Sequence record: SRR20825010_1521
Length of the DNA: 51,041 nucleotides
Strand: one strand, 5' to 3'
Part shown: piece by piece, positions 20,698 to 30,868 of the stretch
How positions within the stretch are numbered: position 1 is the first letter of the stretch
Layout: the number at the start of each line of letters is the position of its first letter
Notes under the pieces: generated by a model
What the model saw: only the letters and a program-made list of their open reading frames with translations
What the model was told of the DNA's origin: nothing
The model's database searches: none
Translations under genes and position numbers: made by a program

Positions 20698-21972
20698 TTA
20701 AAAGAAGTCCAAGAGGGCCACAATTCCATTATAAGAGATAATAATTGAAAAAAGAAAGGCAGCATATAATCCTATATTCAGGAAGATACTTGCTTTGTAT
20801 TTGCCCATCAGCTTTTTATTATTGATCAATAAAATAATCCCCAATATTACCAGAGGAAGTACAAATACATTAAATACTTGAGACAAAATCTGCATTTCTA
20901 TAGGATTGGCGCCAAAAACTGGCACAATTAGGGCAAACAGACAGGCGACGGCGGTAATTATTTTAAACTGTTTGGAAGTGGTGTCCAATTCCCCGGATTG
21001 GTAATCGGCCAATAGGATAGGAGCAATTAAAAGACAGGGAAAAATAGAGGACAGACCAGCACTTAAAGTTCCAAAGAAGAAAAGGGTCAAGGCGAATTTT
21101 CCAGCGACCGGTTCCAAGGTATTTACCATATCCAAAACTTTGGTTACCGGTTGACCTTGATGAAACAGGGCACCGCTGGCTACTGCCATAACCGACGCAC
21201 TAATAACAAATACCAGACAGGCGGCTATTATGGAATCCTTTTTTTGTTGCTTTAGGTTGTTGATGTTCCAGCCTTTGCCCTTAACGAATAGAGGTCGGGA
21301 TAAAAAGGTTGCAGCAGCCATGGTAGTACCTACAAAGGCGGCCACCATCATTTTACCTCCTTCCACTATGGGGATTGAGGGGATTAATCCTTTAGCGACT
21401 TCAATAGGTAGTGGGTAGACCATAAAAAGGGATATAAAAAAGGAAAGTCCCATAATGGTAACGAAAATCACCAATATCTTTTCAAAGAATGCATATTTTC
21501 CTACCAGGAGGAATCCATACATAACTATAATAACCACTATGGCAATTATCAAAACAGATTCATACTGGTGGCCCTGTAAATTGGGAAAATAGATAAGGAA
21601 TATCTCGAAGATAATGTTGGCAGAGATCCCTAATATGCCCATGAGGGAATTCCATTGACCAAACGAAATGCCAATGATTATCATTATGGCAATAAGCTTG
21701 CCCCATTTCAGATGCTTTTTAAAGGCAAATAGGGCGGTTTCTCCGGTAACCAGGGCGTAGTTGCCATAGGAGAACATTAAGATACCAGAGAATACGCAGC
21801 TCAGCAATAAAACCCATAGCAATTGCATACCATAGGTGCTTCCCGCAACGATCATGGAGGTTACACTCCCTGTTCCTATGGTATAGCCAATGGCAAAGAT
21901 ACCAGGTCCAAAGGCCAGTATTAGGGCCAATATTTTTTTTAGAAATGAATTCTTTTTGGTCGGGTTTTCCAT
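20698..21972 (-). CDS. NRAMP-family (MntH-like fold) transporter with atypical motifs
   Basis: About 11 TM segments; GPGI...GS.YGMQLLWVLLLS and FVGTT motifs. The DPGN motif is absent. Confidence 0.8.
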   Translation of the reverse strand: MENPTKKNSFLKKILALILAFGPGIFAIGYTIGTGSVTSMIVAGSTYGMQLLWVLLLSCVFSGILMFSYGNYALVTGETALFAFKKHLKWGKLIAIMIIIGISFGQWNSLMGILGISANIIFEIFLIYFPNLQGHQYESVLIIAIVVIIVMYGFLLVGKYAFFEKILVIFVTIMGLSFFISLFMVYPLPIEVAKGLIPSIPIVEGGKMMVAAFVGTTMAAATFLSRPLFVKGKGWNINNLKQQKKDSIIAACLVFVISASVMAVASGALFHQGQPVTKVLDMVNTLEPVAGKFALTLFFFGTLSAGLSSIFPCLLIAPILLADYQSGELDTTSKQFKIITAVACLFALIVPVFGANPIEMQILSQVFNVFVLPLVILGIILLINNKKLMGKYKASIFLNIGLYAAFLFSIIISYNGIVALLDFF

Positions 21973-21976
21973 CTAT

Positions 21977-22645
21977 TTAGTTTCTTAGCTTTATAATAGA
22001 CCCCAGTGTTGCGCGAACGGTGTTTTCAAGTCCATCGAAATCCCCATTGGTCAATATTTTTTTACTGATAAGTTGAGAACCCAGTCCTACACAGGTTACT
22101 CCGGCATCGAACCATGCTTTTAAGTTGGAAACTTCGGTTGTGACACCTCCAGTGGGCATAATACTTGTCCAAGGTTGTGGGCCTTTTATGGCCTTTACAA
22201 AGGAAGGGCCATAGGTAGATCCGGGAAATAATTTTACAATTTCGCAACCCCGTTCCTCGGCATTGTTAATTTCGGTGAGGGAACCACATCCGGGAGACCA
22301 AAGAACTTTTCTCCTATTACAGGCAATGGCAATATCTTCCCTTAGGGAGGGCGTTACTATGAAATTGGCACCCATCTGCATATATAAAGATGCTGCGGCT
22401 GCGTCGGTAATGGAACCTACCCCGAGAATCATGCCCGGAAGTTCTTTGACAGCGAATTTGTTGAGTGCAGAAAATACTTCGAAGGCGAAATTGCCCCTTG
22501 CCGTAAATTCCATCAATCTGGCACCACCGTCGTAGCAGGCCTTTAAAACCTTCTTGCCCAATGCAATGTCCGAATGGTAGAATAAAGGTACCATACCGGT
22601 TTCCTTCATTATAGCTGCTACTTCTATTCTTGTATATTGTGCCAT
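21977..22645 (-). CDS. eda: KDPG/KHG aldolase
   Basis: MEFTAR, LGVGSI, GANFIVTP, VKLFPG and MPTGGV motifs. Confidence 0.93.
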   Translation of the reverse strand: MAQYTRIEVAAIMKETGMVPLFYHSDIALGKKVLKACYDGGARLMEFTARGNFAFEVFSALNKFAVKELPGMILGVGSITDAAAASLYMQMGANFIVTPSLREDIAIACNRRKVLWSPGCGSLTEINNAEERGCEIVKLFPGSTYGPSFVKAIKGPQPWTSIMPTGGVTTEVSNLKAWFDAGVTCVGLGSQLISKKILTNGDFDGLENTVRATLGSIIKLRN

Positions 22646-22774
22646 ATAATTTTATTGATGTTGGGTAAGTAATCCAAGTTTTGTAATAAACTGTATTCTT
22701 TGGCGTAGAAAACCGAGTGTTTACACTGTTGGTCGTGCAGATTTTGGCTACGTATGCAATTTCTAAATACTAAT

Positions 22775-22815
22775 AAATCCGGGAATAGCTTATTAGTGCA
22801 TGAATTCCCGGATTT
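22775..22815. terminator. 12-bp inverted repeat between the SDR gene and eda (terminator or stabiliser)
   Basis: AAATCCGGGAAT / ATTCCCGGATTT. Confidence 0.6.
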
Positions 22816-22845
22816 TAATTACTTATTACCTTTTTGTTTGTTTTT

Positions 22846-23610
22846 TTAAATTCCTAAACCTTGTCCACCACCTATTTGGATAGTTTCGGCCGTAAGGAAA
22901 GCTGCATCCTTCCCAGCTAAAAATGAAATTACAGAGGCTACTTCCTCAGGTTGACCTAATCTTCCTAACAAAATATTGTTTTTCCAAGAGGCGAATACTT
23001 CTGGTTTGGTAGATTTGATTTCTGTATGGAAAGGGGTGTCAATGGTACCTGGAGATACTGCATTTACTCTAATCCCATATTCGGCAAGGTCTTTGGCCAG
23101 GGCCCTAGTAATGGCATGAACACCCGCTTTGGATGTTCCATAAATTCCTGCTCCAGGTCCTCCGGCATTCCAACCTGCAATGGAGGTATAGTTGATTATA
23201 GTAGGAAGATCTCCTTTTTTTAGATAAGGTATCGCAGCTCTAGAAGCGAAAAACACTGAATCCAGGTTTAATGCCATTACAAAACGGTAAAATTCTGTTG
23301 TCATTTCTTCAAATCTGGATCTTCCCCCAAGTCCACCTGCATTGTTTACAAGAACATCAATTTTTCCATATTTTTTCCCGATCTTATTAATGTTTGCAGT
23401 TACTTCGTCTTCCTTGGTAACATCAAATCCGTAATATTCGGCAGTGATGCCTTCAGCAGTGAGCTCTTTAATTCTTTTAGCTCCTCCTTCATCATCTATA
23501 CCGTTCAATACTACTGTATATCCGTCTTTACCCAATCTTTTAGCTACTTCGAAACCTATGCCTCCGGTAGCTCCTGTTATAACTGCTACTTTTCCCTTTG
23601 AATTACTCAT
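22846..23610 (-). CDS. SDR oxidoreductase, probable DEH(U) reductase
   Basis: TGATGGIG, NNAGGL, GGPGAGIYGTSKA and PGTIDTPFH motifs; alginate-locus context. Confidence 0.85.
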   Translation of the reverse strand: MSNSKGKVAVITGATGGIGFEVAKRLGKDGYTVVLNGIDDEGGAKRIKELTAEGITAEYYGFDVTKEDEVTANINKIGKKYGKIDVLVNNAGGLGGRSRFEEMTTEFYRFVMALNLDSVFFASRAAIPYLKKGDLPTIINYTSIAGWNAGGPGAGIYGTSKAGVHAITRALAKDLAEYGIRVNAVSPGTIDTPFHTEIKSTKPEVFASWKNNILLGRLGQPEEVASVISFLAGKDAAFLTAETIQIGGGQGLGI

Positions 23611-23640
23611 ATTTCAATTTTTATATTATTAAATTTTAAA

Positions 23641-24924
23641 TTATTCTACTGACTTTATATTCTTTGCGAAATAATAGATAGATCCTACTCCAAGTGGAAC
23701 AAAGATGGCTATGGCCACAAAAATGGGGGTATAGGAAACTTTCGCAATTACGGGTACTAAAAAGTTCATGATGATCACTGAAAACACCCCTACCATACCA
23801 CCTAGACCAGCTAAAGATCCTACAGATTTACCACTAAAAAAGTCGCTCGGAAGGGTTTGGATATTGCCAATGGCAAACTGAAATCCGAACAGCACTATAA
23901 ATACGATCGCAACGAATTTCTCTGGAGTGTCCGCAAATAATATTGTTGATATAAGACCTAGGACCATGATAAGACCTCCTATGAAAATGGTGGTTTTCCT
24001 ACCTTTGTTTATTGAGTTTGTTTTCGCAATAATAACTCCGGAAACGTAGCCACCTGCTATACTCCCAATGGCTGCACCTACATAAGGAACCCACGCAAAC
24101 ATTCCCACTTCTTTTACGTTAAAGCCGTACACGTCAAATAAGTATATTGGCATCCAGCCTACAAATAGCCACCAGATAGGTTCTAAGAAGAATCTACTTG
24201 CAACAATGGCCCAAGATTCTTTATAGGAAAGTATTTCCTTAAGGCTTAATCCTTTTTGATCGTCAGTGGCATTTTGATCGGCTATACTTTGCCCTTCGGA
24301 AATAAATTTTCGCTCTTCCTCTGTTATCCAAGGATGCTTTTTTGGTCCTGCTTTATTAATTAAAAGCCAAGGAATAATCCATAAAAGACCTATGGCCCCA
24401 ACTATTATAAACGTCACCTCCCAACCATAGGCTACAAAAAGAAGTGCTATTAGAGGTGGTGCTATAACCGACCCAATGGAGGCCCCGGCATTAAATAAGC
24501 CTTGGGCTATGGCCCGTTCTTTTATTGGAAACCATTCGGCATTACTTTTTACTGCACCTGGCCAGTTTCCCGCCTCCGATAATCCTAAGGTAGTTCGGAA
24601 AAATGCCAAGGATAAAAAACCTCTTACTGTGGAATGCAATAAGGTGGACAAGCTCCAAATACCTATACTTATAACGTATCCAATCCTAGTACCAACTTTA
24701 TCGAAGAGCTTGCCCGAGAATAATTGTCCCAGGGCATAGGCAACCATAAAAATGTTTAGGATATAACTATAGTGATCTTTTGTGAGGCCCAAAGAATGGG
24801 ATATGGAACCTTCAACATTTTCATTGCCCCACATAATGGACAAAGCACTTCTGTCTATATAATTAATAACAGTTGCCAAAAATATAAGACCGATAATGAA
24901 CCAACGTAATCCTTTAATTTTCAT
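23641..24924 (-). CDS. exuT: MFS hexuronate transporter (ExuT-like)
   Basis: LRWFIIGLIFLATVINYIDR and EAGNWPGAVKSNAEWFPIKERA motifs. Confidence 0.88.
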   Translation of the reverse strand: MKIKGLRWFIIGLIFLATVINYIDRSALSIMWGNENVEGSISHSLGLTKDHYSYILNIFMVAYALGQLFSGKLFDKVGTRIGYVISIGIWSLSTLLHSTVRGFLSLAFFRTTLGLSEAGNWPGAVKSNAEWFPIKERAIAQGLFNAGASIGSVIAPPLIALLFVAYGWEVTFIIVGAIGLLWIIPWLLINKAGPKKHPWITEEERKFISEGQSIADQNATDDQKGLSLKEILSYKESWAIVASRFFLEPIWWLFVGWMPIYLFDVYGFNVKEVGMFAWVPYVGAAIGSIAGGYVSGVIIAKTNSINKGRKTTIFIGGLIMVLGLISTILFADTPEKFVAIVFIVLFGFQFAIGNIQTLPSDFFSGKSVGSLAGLGGMVGVFSVIIMNFLVPVIAKVSYTPIFVAIAIFVPLGVGSIYYFAKNIKSVE

Positions 24925-25159
24925 AGTATTTTGCTTTGGTTTGATATTATTTTTGCTATGTCATTTATAGGATATAGCAAGTAAGCGGATAAATTATCCG
25001 TGCTCTTTTAATACTTGAATTAGGCTTGAAAATATTGGAAGTATTTAAATCGTAATTTAAATACTACGCAAATTACGGTGTAATTTCAAGTATTATTTCC
25101 CTTCAGATTATTTTTTAAAGGCGATAAAAGTGTGCGATTTTATCCCTTGGTGATTTTTG

Positions 25160-25867
25160 TTAATCTTTAATATTGTAACAATATTGATATAGCATTTTAA
25201 AATGTACTTTCATTTTTTCCTTGGCCAATTGGGGATCCTGATTCTTGATGGCTTCATAAATGTCCCTATGCTCTTGAATTCCAATAAAAGCGATATTCTT
25301 GTCACAAACGTGATATTTGGCAAAGTTGGTAATGATCTCTGGCGTAATTGTTAGCATAAATGTATTTATGGTACTATTCCCGCTTGCTTTTGCTATTGCC
25401 AAGTGAAACAAAAGATCTTCCTGTACTGCGTCTTCACCATTCATTACCTTCTTTGAATAAGCCTCCAAAGCCTCCTCTATTTCTTTCAATTCCTCTTTGG
25501 TTCTTCTCAGCGCTGCCAACCTTACGGTTTTCAATTCCAATAGAATTCTTGTCTCTACCAAGGATTTGAAATCGGGTTTTTCAAGCCTTAGAATATCCGT
25601 GATCATACCATTTAATGCCACAGAACCTATATCGGCTACAAAGGTACCGCTCTGCGGCTTTGACTTTAATAGTCCATAGAATTCCAAAGTCTGAATTGCT
25701 TCCCTTACATTGCTTCTACTTACTTCAAAACTTTCTGAAAGCTTCCTTTCCGAGGGTAATTTGTCCCCTGGCTCCAGGTTCTTGTAATTTATGTAATCCC
25801 TAATCTTGGATATAATTTCTTTCTGAAGTGCGTCGTTTTCGTTTTTCGGGAGAATTTCTGTTTTCAT
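25160..25867 (-). CDS. FadR/GntR family repressor (AusR-like alginate regulator)
   Basis: HTH motif LPSERKLSESFEVSRSNVREA and FCD motif DLLFHLAIAKASGN. ATG 25867 preferred. Confidence 0.92.
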   Translation of the reverse strand: MKTEILPKNENDALQKEIISKIRDYINYKNLEPGDKLPSERKLSESFEVSRSNVREAIQTLEFYGLLKSKPQSGTFVADIGSVALNGMITDILRLEKPDFKSLVETRILLELKTVRLAALRRTKEELKEIEEALEAYSKKVMNGEDAVQEDLLFHLAIAKASGNSTINTFMLTITPEIITNFAKYHVCDKNIAFIGIQEHRDIYEAIKNQDPQLAKEKMKVHFKMLYQYCYNIKD

Positions 25868-25890
25868 ACTAATCTTATTAGTTCTACAAC

Positions 25891-25919
25891 TGGTTAACCA
25901 GATTGGTTTGTCAAATTTA
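25891..25919 (-). promoter_or_regulatory. GntR operator (2 boxes) overlapping the -7 element of the regulator gene
   Basis: TGGTTAACCA at 25891, degenerate TGGTTTGTCA at 25904, CAAATTTA at 25912-25919. Confidence 0.8.
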
Positions 25920-25989
25920 GGCATAAAACGCAATCGAGAAAAATATTACTCACTTATAATTCCTGCCTTTTTGCATTTAAGTTACTTTT

Positions 25990-26029
25990 AAAAAAAGTTC
26001 ACTGGCCTGACATCAAGCCAGTAAACTTT
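25990..26029 (-). terminator. Terminator downstream of susD
   Basis: Minus strand AAGUUUACUGGCUUG/CAGGCCAGUGAACUU stem (with G-U pairs) followed by a U tract. Confidence 0.85.
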
Positions 26030-26205
26030 AAAACAAAACTAACTAAACTACTAGTCCTTTAAGAGTGCGGTCCCATGTGTTCATATCCATTTATATATTC
26101 CATGCTTATAGTTTTACCTCCTGCTCAGAGGACCGCAACCCTGCAAATTCTTTTTTGTCCCTAGTCTATAAATAATCAACGACCTTGTGATAATTTTATC
26201 AAGGT

Positions 26206-27540
26206 TTAGTAACCATCATTTTGGGTAATAACTCCGTCGCTCGCAAGAATTTCTGAGTTTGGTATTGGAAACACATAGTAATCACTGCTAATCGTTGCTC
26301 CCATTTCAGCATCTACTGTTCCTGTTCTAACCAAATCAAACCATCTATGTCCTTCAAGGGCCAACTCCACTCTTCTTTCGTCTGCAATTGCCTGTCTTAC
26401 ATCTGCTTGCGAGCTTACCGTTCCTGTTAAACTGTTTAAGCCTGCCCTACTTCTTATAGGATCCAATAGTGGAAGTACAGTGGTTGCAGCGGAGCCAGTT
26501 TCATTCAGAGCTTCTGCGTGCATTAGAATAACATCGGATAACCTGAGTTCGATATAGTCCTGATCAAGAGCTCCTGTATATTTCTTACTACCATTCTGAT
26601 TATCAGTGTCAATAGTTAGCGCCTTTCTTAAATCCGTACCTCCTCCAGCGGCACTACTGGCGTCAAAAGCGGCAGTTAGGCGCGGGTCTAAAGGTGTAAG
26701 GGATTTTGTATCGGCCCCGCTAAACCATCCTACAAAGGTGGTGGCCGATCCATAGGCGTTTGGAACTGAAGTTGATAATTGGGTTGCAAAAATAATTTCT
26801 GAATTACCGTCTACTACAACGTTGGCAAAGTCGCTTTCCAAACTAATCCCTGCAGCAGCAGCGCCGCTTACTACAGTTCCAAGCGTTGTTGCAGCTTCGG
26901 AAAAATTACCTCTGTATAGATATACTTTTCCCAGAAATGCCTGAGCCGCGATTCTAGATGCGCGTCCACTGGCCAATCCAGAATTATCCAAACCTGCTAT
27001 TGCGGCCTGAAAGTCTGGAATGATTATGTTATTGTAAACGTCTGCAGCCGGTTGTCTTGTTAAAATGGACAAATCGGATGGGCTGGGTGAAGGAGATAAA
27101 TTTACGGTGACATCACCAAAAACCATCACCAATTTAAAGTAGGACAAAGCTCTTAGGAATTTGGCCTCAGCTATCTCAGTGGGCTTCGTTGAATTTTCAA
27201 TGACGTTATTCGCACTTAAGATTGCCTTGTACAAATTGCTATAGAATGGCCGAAAGAATTGCTCTACCAAATCCAAGCCTGCTAAATCTGCATTGTAGGT
27301 GTCAAATGAGGTATATGGGCTTTCTAACATCAACATATTGTCGGCCCTAAAGTCGCCCATCACACCCATTGGTGTTGAACCACCGGTCTGATAGTAATAC
27401 GCTGCATTCAGAACGGGTCCAAATTCCTCCAAACCACTGGATTCAAGTAATAGAGGTGGCGTTTGATCCAAATCGTTATCACATGCTGTTAACAACAACA
27501 AGGAAACTAAAACTGTATAAATAGATTTCATTTTTTTCAT
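26206..27540 (-). CDS. susD: SusD/RagB family glycan-binding lipoprotein
   Basis: Lipobox LTAC; AEAKFLRALSYF, LRLSDVILMHAEA and ERRVELALEGHRWFDLVR motifs. Confidence 0.93.
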   Translation of the reverse strand: MKKMKSIYTVLVSLLLLTACDNDLDQTPPLLLESSGLEEFGPVLNAAYYYQTGGSTPMGVMGDFRADNMLMLESPYTSFDTYNADLAGLDLVEQFFRPFYSNLYKAILSANNVIENSTKPTEIAEAKFLRALSYFKLVMVFGDVTVNLSPSPSPSDLSILTRQPAADVYNNIIIPDFQAAIAGLDNSGLASGRASRIAAQAFLGKVYLYRGNFSEAATTLGTVVSGAAAAGISLESDFANVVVDGNSEIIFATQLSTSVPNAYGSATTFVGWFSGADTKSLTPLDPRLTAAFDASSAAGGGTDLRKALTIDTDNQNGSKKYTGALDQDYIELRLSDVILMHAEALNETGSAATTVLPLLDPIRSRAGLNSLTGTVSSQADVRQAIADERRVELALEGHRWFDLVRTGTVDAEMGATISSDYYVFPIPNSEILASDGVITQNDGY

Positions 27541-27550
27541 GTTTTCTTTA

Positions 27551-30500
27551 TTAAAAATTAACATTTAGACCCAAAGTGAAACTTCTTACAATAGGGCTTG
27601 CACCTTCTTGGTATCCGTATGTAGTTGGACCTGCATAACCTGTATTTTCTATCTCTACACCTTCAGGGTTGAATGAGGTATAATCATCTGCCATTATATA
27701 CAACAAATTGGTAGCTGCAAGATATATTCTCATAGAACTTAGGCCAATTTTGTCCGTTAAATCCGAATTAAGGGTGTATCCTAAGGTTAGGTTTCTTAAA
27801 GCTGTAAATGAGGCATCTTGTATCCCTGAACCATGTGCATTTCTGGTCTCTTGATAAAACTTGCCGCTAGCATCGGCAATACCGTCACTATTGGCATCAA
27901 AACTGGACTTTAATCTACCGCCAAATTGTGATTTCCAGTAAATAGGGTCTATATTGTAGAGTTCTGCTCCTTGAGATCCTTGGAATTGGAACGAGAAATC
28001 AAAATTCTTAATATTCATTGAACTTGAAAGTCCCCAGTAGAAATCGGGAGTGGCGGATCCTAACTTTACATAATCCCCTTCATAGGTAATTTCGCCGTCA
28101 CCGTTTTGGTCTACAACATAGTATTCTCCACTTCCAAATCCAACACCTCTGGAAGGATCTGACATATGTATTGTCTCAACCTCACCAGTTACTTCATAAC
28201 CCCACATTTCACCGATTTCACCTCCTACATAGTTTCTAAACTCAGGACCTCTACCGCTGGGTCCACCGTAAATTTGCCTGGGCAGTTCCGTCAAATCACC
28301 AAGATTGGTAATTTCTGAATTGGCAGTTGATAAATTGGCGTTGACATTCCAAGAGAAGTTGGGATTGGTAATTATCTTTGTACTAAGTTCAAATTCCAGA
28401 CCGGAACTGGTAACATCCCCGCGATTAAGTTTTATAGCAGGTGTCCCAAGAACCTCGGAAACACTTTGATTTATCAACATATCTTCAACATCAGACGTAT
28501 AATAATCTACACTTAATCTAATACGGTTACTAGCAAAACCTAAATCAACACCATAGTTGGTCTCTTTATTGGTCTGCCAAGTTAAATCTGGGTTGGCTAT
28601 ATCCTCTGGAATAAGAAATCCTGTCCCGAAAGCTGTTGGAGAGGTGCCCAAAATACTTAATGAGTTGTATGAGCCTAAGAAAGAAGCAGTTCCCAAAGAG
28701 CCGGTACTAAACCTAAGTTTAAATAGGCTAAACGCATCGGCATTTCCGAAAAAAGATTCATTGTGAATATTCCAACCTAAGGATAGTGCTGGGAATACTG
28801 CGTATTTTTCATTGGCTCCAAATCGTGAATCGCCATCCCTTCTAATTGATGCCGATAGTAGATAACGATCATCAAAGGCATAGGCAATTCTTCCAAAAAA
28901 ACCATTTCTGGACTGAGTCTCATCGATCTCGTTGGTAATCACATCTGCAGGATCGAAAAAATCATAATTCAATGGCAGACCATATGGTACGTTCGATCCA
29001 TTATTTACCATGCCCTTATAATAGGTGTTTACAAATTCCATACCGGCCACCGCAGAGATGTCATGCTTCTCAGCAATTACTTTTGCATAACTCAAGGTAG
29101 TTGTGCTTAGGACGGTAGATTTTTTAATATTGGATATGTCCAATTCTGTTTGATTGGAACGTTGTTGGCCATCCGATAATATTCCATGATATACATAGGT
29201 CTGGGTATCTTCAAGATCTGCTCCGAAAACGGTTTTTAAATTTAAACCCTCTATGATTTCATATTGTAAATAAGAACTCACGTTCCCAAAATACGTTTTT
29301 TTCCATCTTCTCGAATTGTCAAATTTAGCCGCTACACCAGCATCTCCTGTTCCTCCAATTCCATTTTGATTTCTACCGTATTGCCAATCGTGAACTACAT
29401 CGCCAGGTTGTAAATCATAAATGCTAGTAGGATCCAAACCTATACCTCTGTAATCTTGGTCAAATGACCTACCAATGTTATTTCCTGTAAATCCAGAATC
29501 GAATAAGGCCTGTCTATCTCGATCCAATTGTTGAACGAAATCTATTGAAGCTTGAGTATGGTATATAGGGCTAATACTATATGACCTCAAAAGATCCCTC
29601 ATTTCCCAAGGTACAATATCTTGGTGGCCATAATAACCATTCATACTCAATCCGGCCTTTAATTTGGAGCCCAAGTTGGCATCTAGGTTCATACGTCCGT
29701 TGTACCTTTCATAACCTTGCCCTTTTACTATACCATCCGTTTTCAAGTAACCAAGTGAAGCAAAGGCCTTTAAGTTTTCAGAACCACCGCTAACACTAAA
29801 ATCGTGATTGGTTGTGCTACCGTTTTTGAAAAGCCAATCTTCTATACTTACTACGTCGGGGGCATTAGCGTATGCATTTAGTCTGTAAGCCAATAGACCT
29901 GGGTCGGTTTCGGAAAGATCATAAGCACTAGTTTGCAATTCTTCGGCCCATTCTCCTGCTGTCTTAAGCATTTCGATGTCCTTTATATACTTGCTTGAGG
30001 TACTTGCATAAGAATTATAATTAAAACTAACTTTTCCTGCCTTTCCTTTTTTGGTGGTTACCAAAATAACACCATTGGCACCTAGAGAACCATAAATAGC
30101 AGCTGAAGCGGCATCTTTTAGCACCTCTAGACTTTCAATATCGTTGGGGTTAACTGTGGCCAAATTACCTGAAATTGGGTAGCCATCCACAACAATTAAC
30201 GGCCCAGAGTCGCCCGAAACAGATGAAGCTGCCCTGATTTGAATCTTAGGATCCGCACCAGGTTCTCCACTTTGATTTTGAATTCGTACCCCGGACAACT
30301 TACCTGCAAGGGCATCATCTACACGAGCCACTTGAACAGCAGCTACTTCATCTCCTCCTACTTTTGCGACCGCTCCGGTAAGATGTGATTTTTTTATAGT
30401 ACCATATCCAACTACCACTACCTCATCAAGTTGACTTGCATCTTCCTGTAGGGTGATATTCAATTGTTCTTGATTTGTAATGGGGACTGATTGGCTAACA

Positions 30501-30733
30501 AATCCCAAGGAGGAGAACTGTAGTACGTCGCCGTTTTTTACCGTAATTTGGTAATTTCCATCAAAGTCGGTAGCCGTACCGGTAGTAGTATTGGCTATAA
30601 TTACATTCACTCCAGGCACTGGTACCTGAGAAGCATCTGTTACCGTTCCGGTCAGAATACGGCCATCTTGGGCGAACAGTGCAATATTGAATAACAATAC
30701 TACTGTTAGAATTAAATTGATTTTGAATTTCAT
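27551..30733 (-). CDS. susC: SusC/RagA TonB-dependent transporter
   Basis: LDEVVVVGYG and DIESLEVLKDAASAAIYGS.GANGVILVTTKKG motifs; C-terminal GLNVNF. Confidence 0.97.
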   Translation of the reverse strand: MKFKINLILTVVLLFNIALFAQDGRILTGTVTDASQVPVPGVNVIIANTTTGTATDFDGNYQITVKNGDVLQFSSLGFVSQSVPITNQEQLNITLQEDASQLDEVVVVGYGTIKKSHLTGAVAKVGGDEVAAVQVARVDDALAGKLSGVRIQNQSGEPGADPKIQIRAASSVSGDSGPLIVVDGYPISGNLATVNPNDIESLEVLKDAASAAIYGSLGANGVILVTTKKGKAGKVSFNYNSYASTSSKYIKDIEMLKTAGEWAEELQTSAYDLSETDPGLLAYRLNAYANAPDVVSIEDWLFKNGSTTNHDFSVSGGSENLKAFASLGYLKTDGIVKGQGYERYNGRMNLDANLGSKLKAGLSMNGYYGHQDIVPWEMRDLLRSYSISPIYHTQASIDFVQQLDRDRQALFDSGFTGNNIGRSFDQDYRGIGLDPTSIYDLQPGDVVHDWQYGRNQNGIGGTGDAGVAAKFDNSRRWKKTYFGNVSSYLQYEIIEGLNLKTVFGADLEDTQTYVYHGILSDGQQRSNQTELDISNIKKSTVLSTTTLSYAKVIAEKHDISAVAGMEFVNTYYKGMVNNGSNVPYGLPLNYDFFDPADVITNEIDETQSRNGFFGRIAYAFDDRYLLSASIRRDGDSRFGANEKYAVFPALSLGWNIHNESFFGNADAFSLFKLRFSTGSLGTASFLGSYNSLSILGTSPTAFGTGFLIPEDIANPDLTWQTNKETNYGVDLGFASNRIRLSVDYYTSDVEDMLINQSVSEVLGTPAIKLNRGDVTSSGLEFELSTKIITNPNFSWNVNANLSTANSEITNLGDLTELPRQIYGGPSGRGPEFRNYVGGEIGEMWGYEVTGEVETIHMSDPSRGVGFGSGEYYVVDQNGDGEITYEGDYVKLGSATPDFYWGLSSSMNIKNFDFSFQFQGSQGAELYNIDPIYWKSQFGGRLKSSFDANSDGIADASGKFYQETRNAHGSGIQDASFTALRNLTLGYTLNSDLTDKIGLSSMRIYLAATNLLYIMADDYTSFNPEGVEIENTGYAGPTTYGYQEGASPIVRSFTLGLNVNF

Positions 30734-30868
30734 TAGTGATTTAATTAAGTTAGTAACAAGTGATTAATAATGGCTTTTTGCCATTGGTTTCTATAATGTG
30801 ATATTGTTCACATTTAATCCTTCATATTACTAAAACATGTGGCTGCACTAATATTGACTGAAATTGCT

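Noticed and set aside
22646-22845. Possible kdgK remnant between the SDR gene and eda
   Set aside because: No PfkB-like peptide was recognisable by eye; only an inverted repeat is present. TBLASTN would be needed.
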